Under the pieces are notes generated by a model. The model ran no database searches. It was given only the letters and a program-made list of their open reading frames with translations, and was not told where the DNA came from. DNA of 64,000 nt from Monocercomonoides exilis PA203. Lineage: Eukaryota > Protista > Preaxostyla. The position numbers were made by a program, and so were the translations under genes. Position 1 is the first letter of the stretch; every line of letters begins with the position of its first letter. The stretch spans positions 1,736,001-1,800,000 of the forward strand of contig LSRY02000012.1 of assembly GCA_001643675.2 (NCBI GenBank), written 5' to 3'. Positions 63,601 to 64,000 of the stretch are shown here, in pieces.

Positions 63601-64000
63601 ATGTTTTCTATTTTTCCAATTGTCACTTTTTCACTTCTACTGTCTCCCTTGAGCGGCCTTTACGTGGAAATAATTAATAACGATCCAACATCGACTTGGG
63701 TTGCTGTTGAATATCCACCTTCAATAATGTCAATCGAGAAAGCAAAGCGCAGACTTGGGTCAATTGTGGACGACGACGAGCCATTTGAGCCTTACGTTGA
63801 ACCAAATGATGTACCAGATGAATTTGATGGAAGAGAAGAATGGAAAGGAATGCTTCCTCCAGTTATTGACCAAGGAGATTGTAATAGTTGCTATGCTTTA
63901 GCAACAGCAGAATCAACAGGGACAAGATTTGCCATCAAAGGATGCAATCATGGAACTTTATCTGCTCAAGATCTTGTTTCTTGCGATAAAACTGATAATG
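63601..64000 (+). CDS. Cathepsin B-like cysteine protease, 5' part (runs off the window)
   Basis: Hand translation: MFSIFPIVTFSLLLSPLSGLYVEIINNDPTSTWVAVEYP...EPNDVPDEFDGREEWKGMLPPVIDQGDCNSCYALATAESTGTRFAIKGCNHGTLSAQDLVSCDKTDN. It shows a signal peptide, propeptide, and the QxxCxSC catalytic motif. Confidence 0.92.
   Translation, partial: MFSIFPIVTFSLLLSPLSGLYVEIINNDPTSTWVAVEYPPSIMSIEKAKRRLGSIVDDDEPFEPYVEPNDVPDEFDGREEWKGMLPPVIDQGDCNSCYALATAESTGTRFAIKGCNHGTLSAQDLVSCDKTDN

Noticed and set aside
1-64000. Non-standard genetic code (TAA/TAG = Gln, as in some oxymonads)
   Set aside because: Conserved genes end at TAA at the expected positions (RPL31, EF-hand gene), and 12-kb exons contain no in-frame TAA or TAG.
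1-64000. tRNA, rRNA or snRNA genes
   Set aside because: None recognised by eye; tRNAscan-SE or Infernal would be needed to exclude them.

Overview
Eukaryotic, intron-containing genomic DNA: AT-rich intergenic spacers, short GT-AG introns, standard genetic code. The style, and two gene families I recognise from memory (the 'KMEEEG' C-terminus family and the 'VTMEMSPE...APEL' pseudokinase family), point to an oxymonad, most likely Monocercomonoides. This taxonomic call is an inference. Contents in order: degenerate multicopy-family fragments (0-2.1 kb); a giant (~4,590 aa, 5 exons) signal-peptide protein built from ~10-11 SdrD-B/Cna-B-like beta-sandwich modules plus Tyr-rich, (PGPSPGPFSPQ)n and Pro/His-rich repeats (2.5-16.6 kb); a truncated pseudokinase; a hypothetical gene; a GC-richer block with DUS1-like, a calmodulin-like protein with a K11 tail, a METTL6/Trm140-like tRNA m3C methyltransferase and an apparently inactive papain-family protein; a decayed pogo-like DDE transposase; a hypothetical gene with a possible INCENP IN-box; a giant (~4,500 aa) CaMKK/Ssp1-like kinase whose catalytic domain is stretched by low-complexity insertions; RPL31; VPS35L (Retriever); a hypothetical gene; an F-box plus RCC1-like gene; and the 5' part of a cathepsin B at the window end. 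The best candidate for an undescribed system is the giant secreted modular protein with its recurring RYP motif, a possible cyst-wall or coat polyprotein. Exon models were built by hand. No database searches were run.
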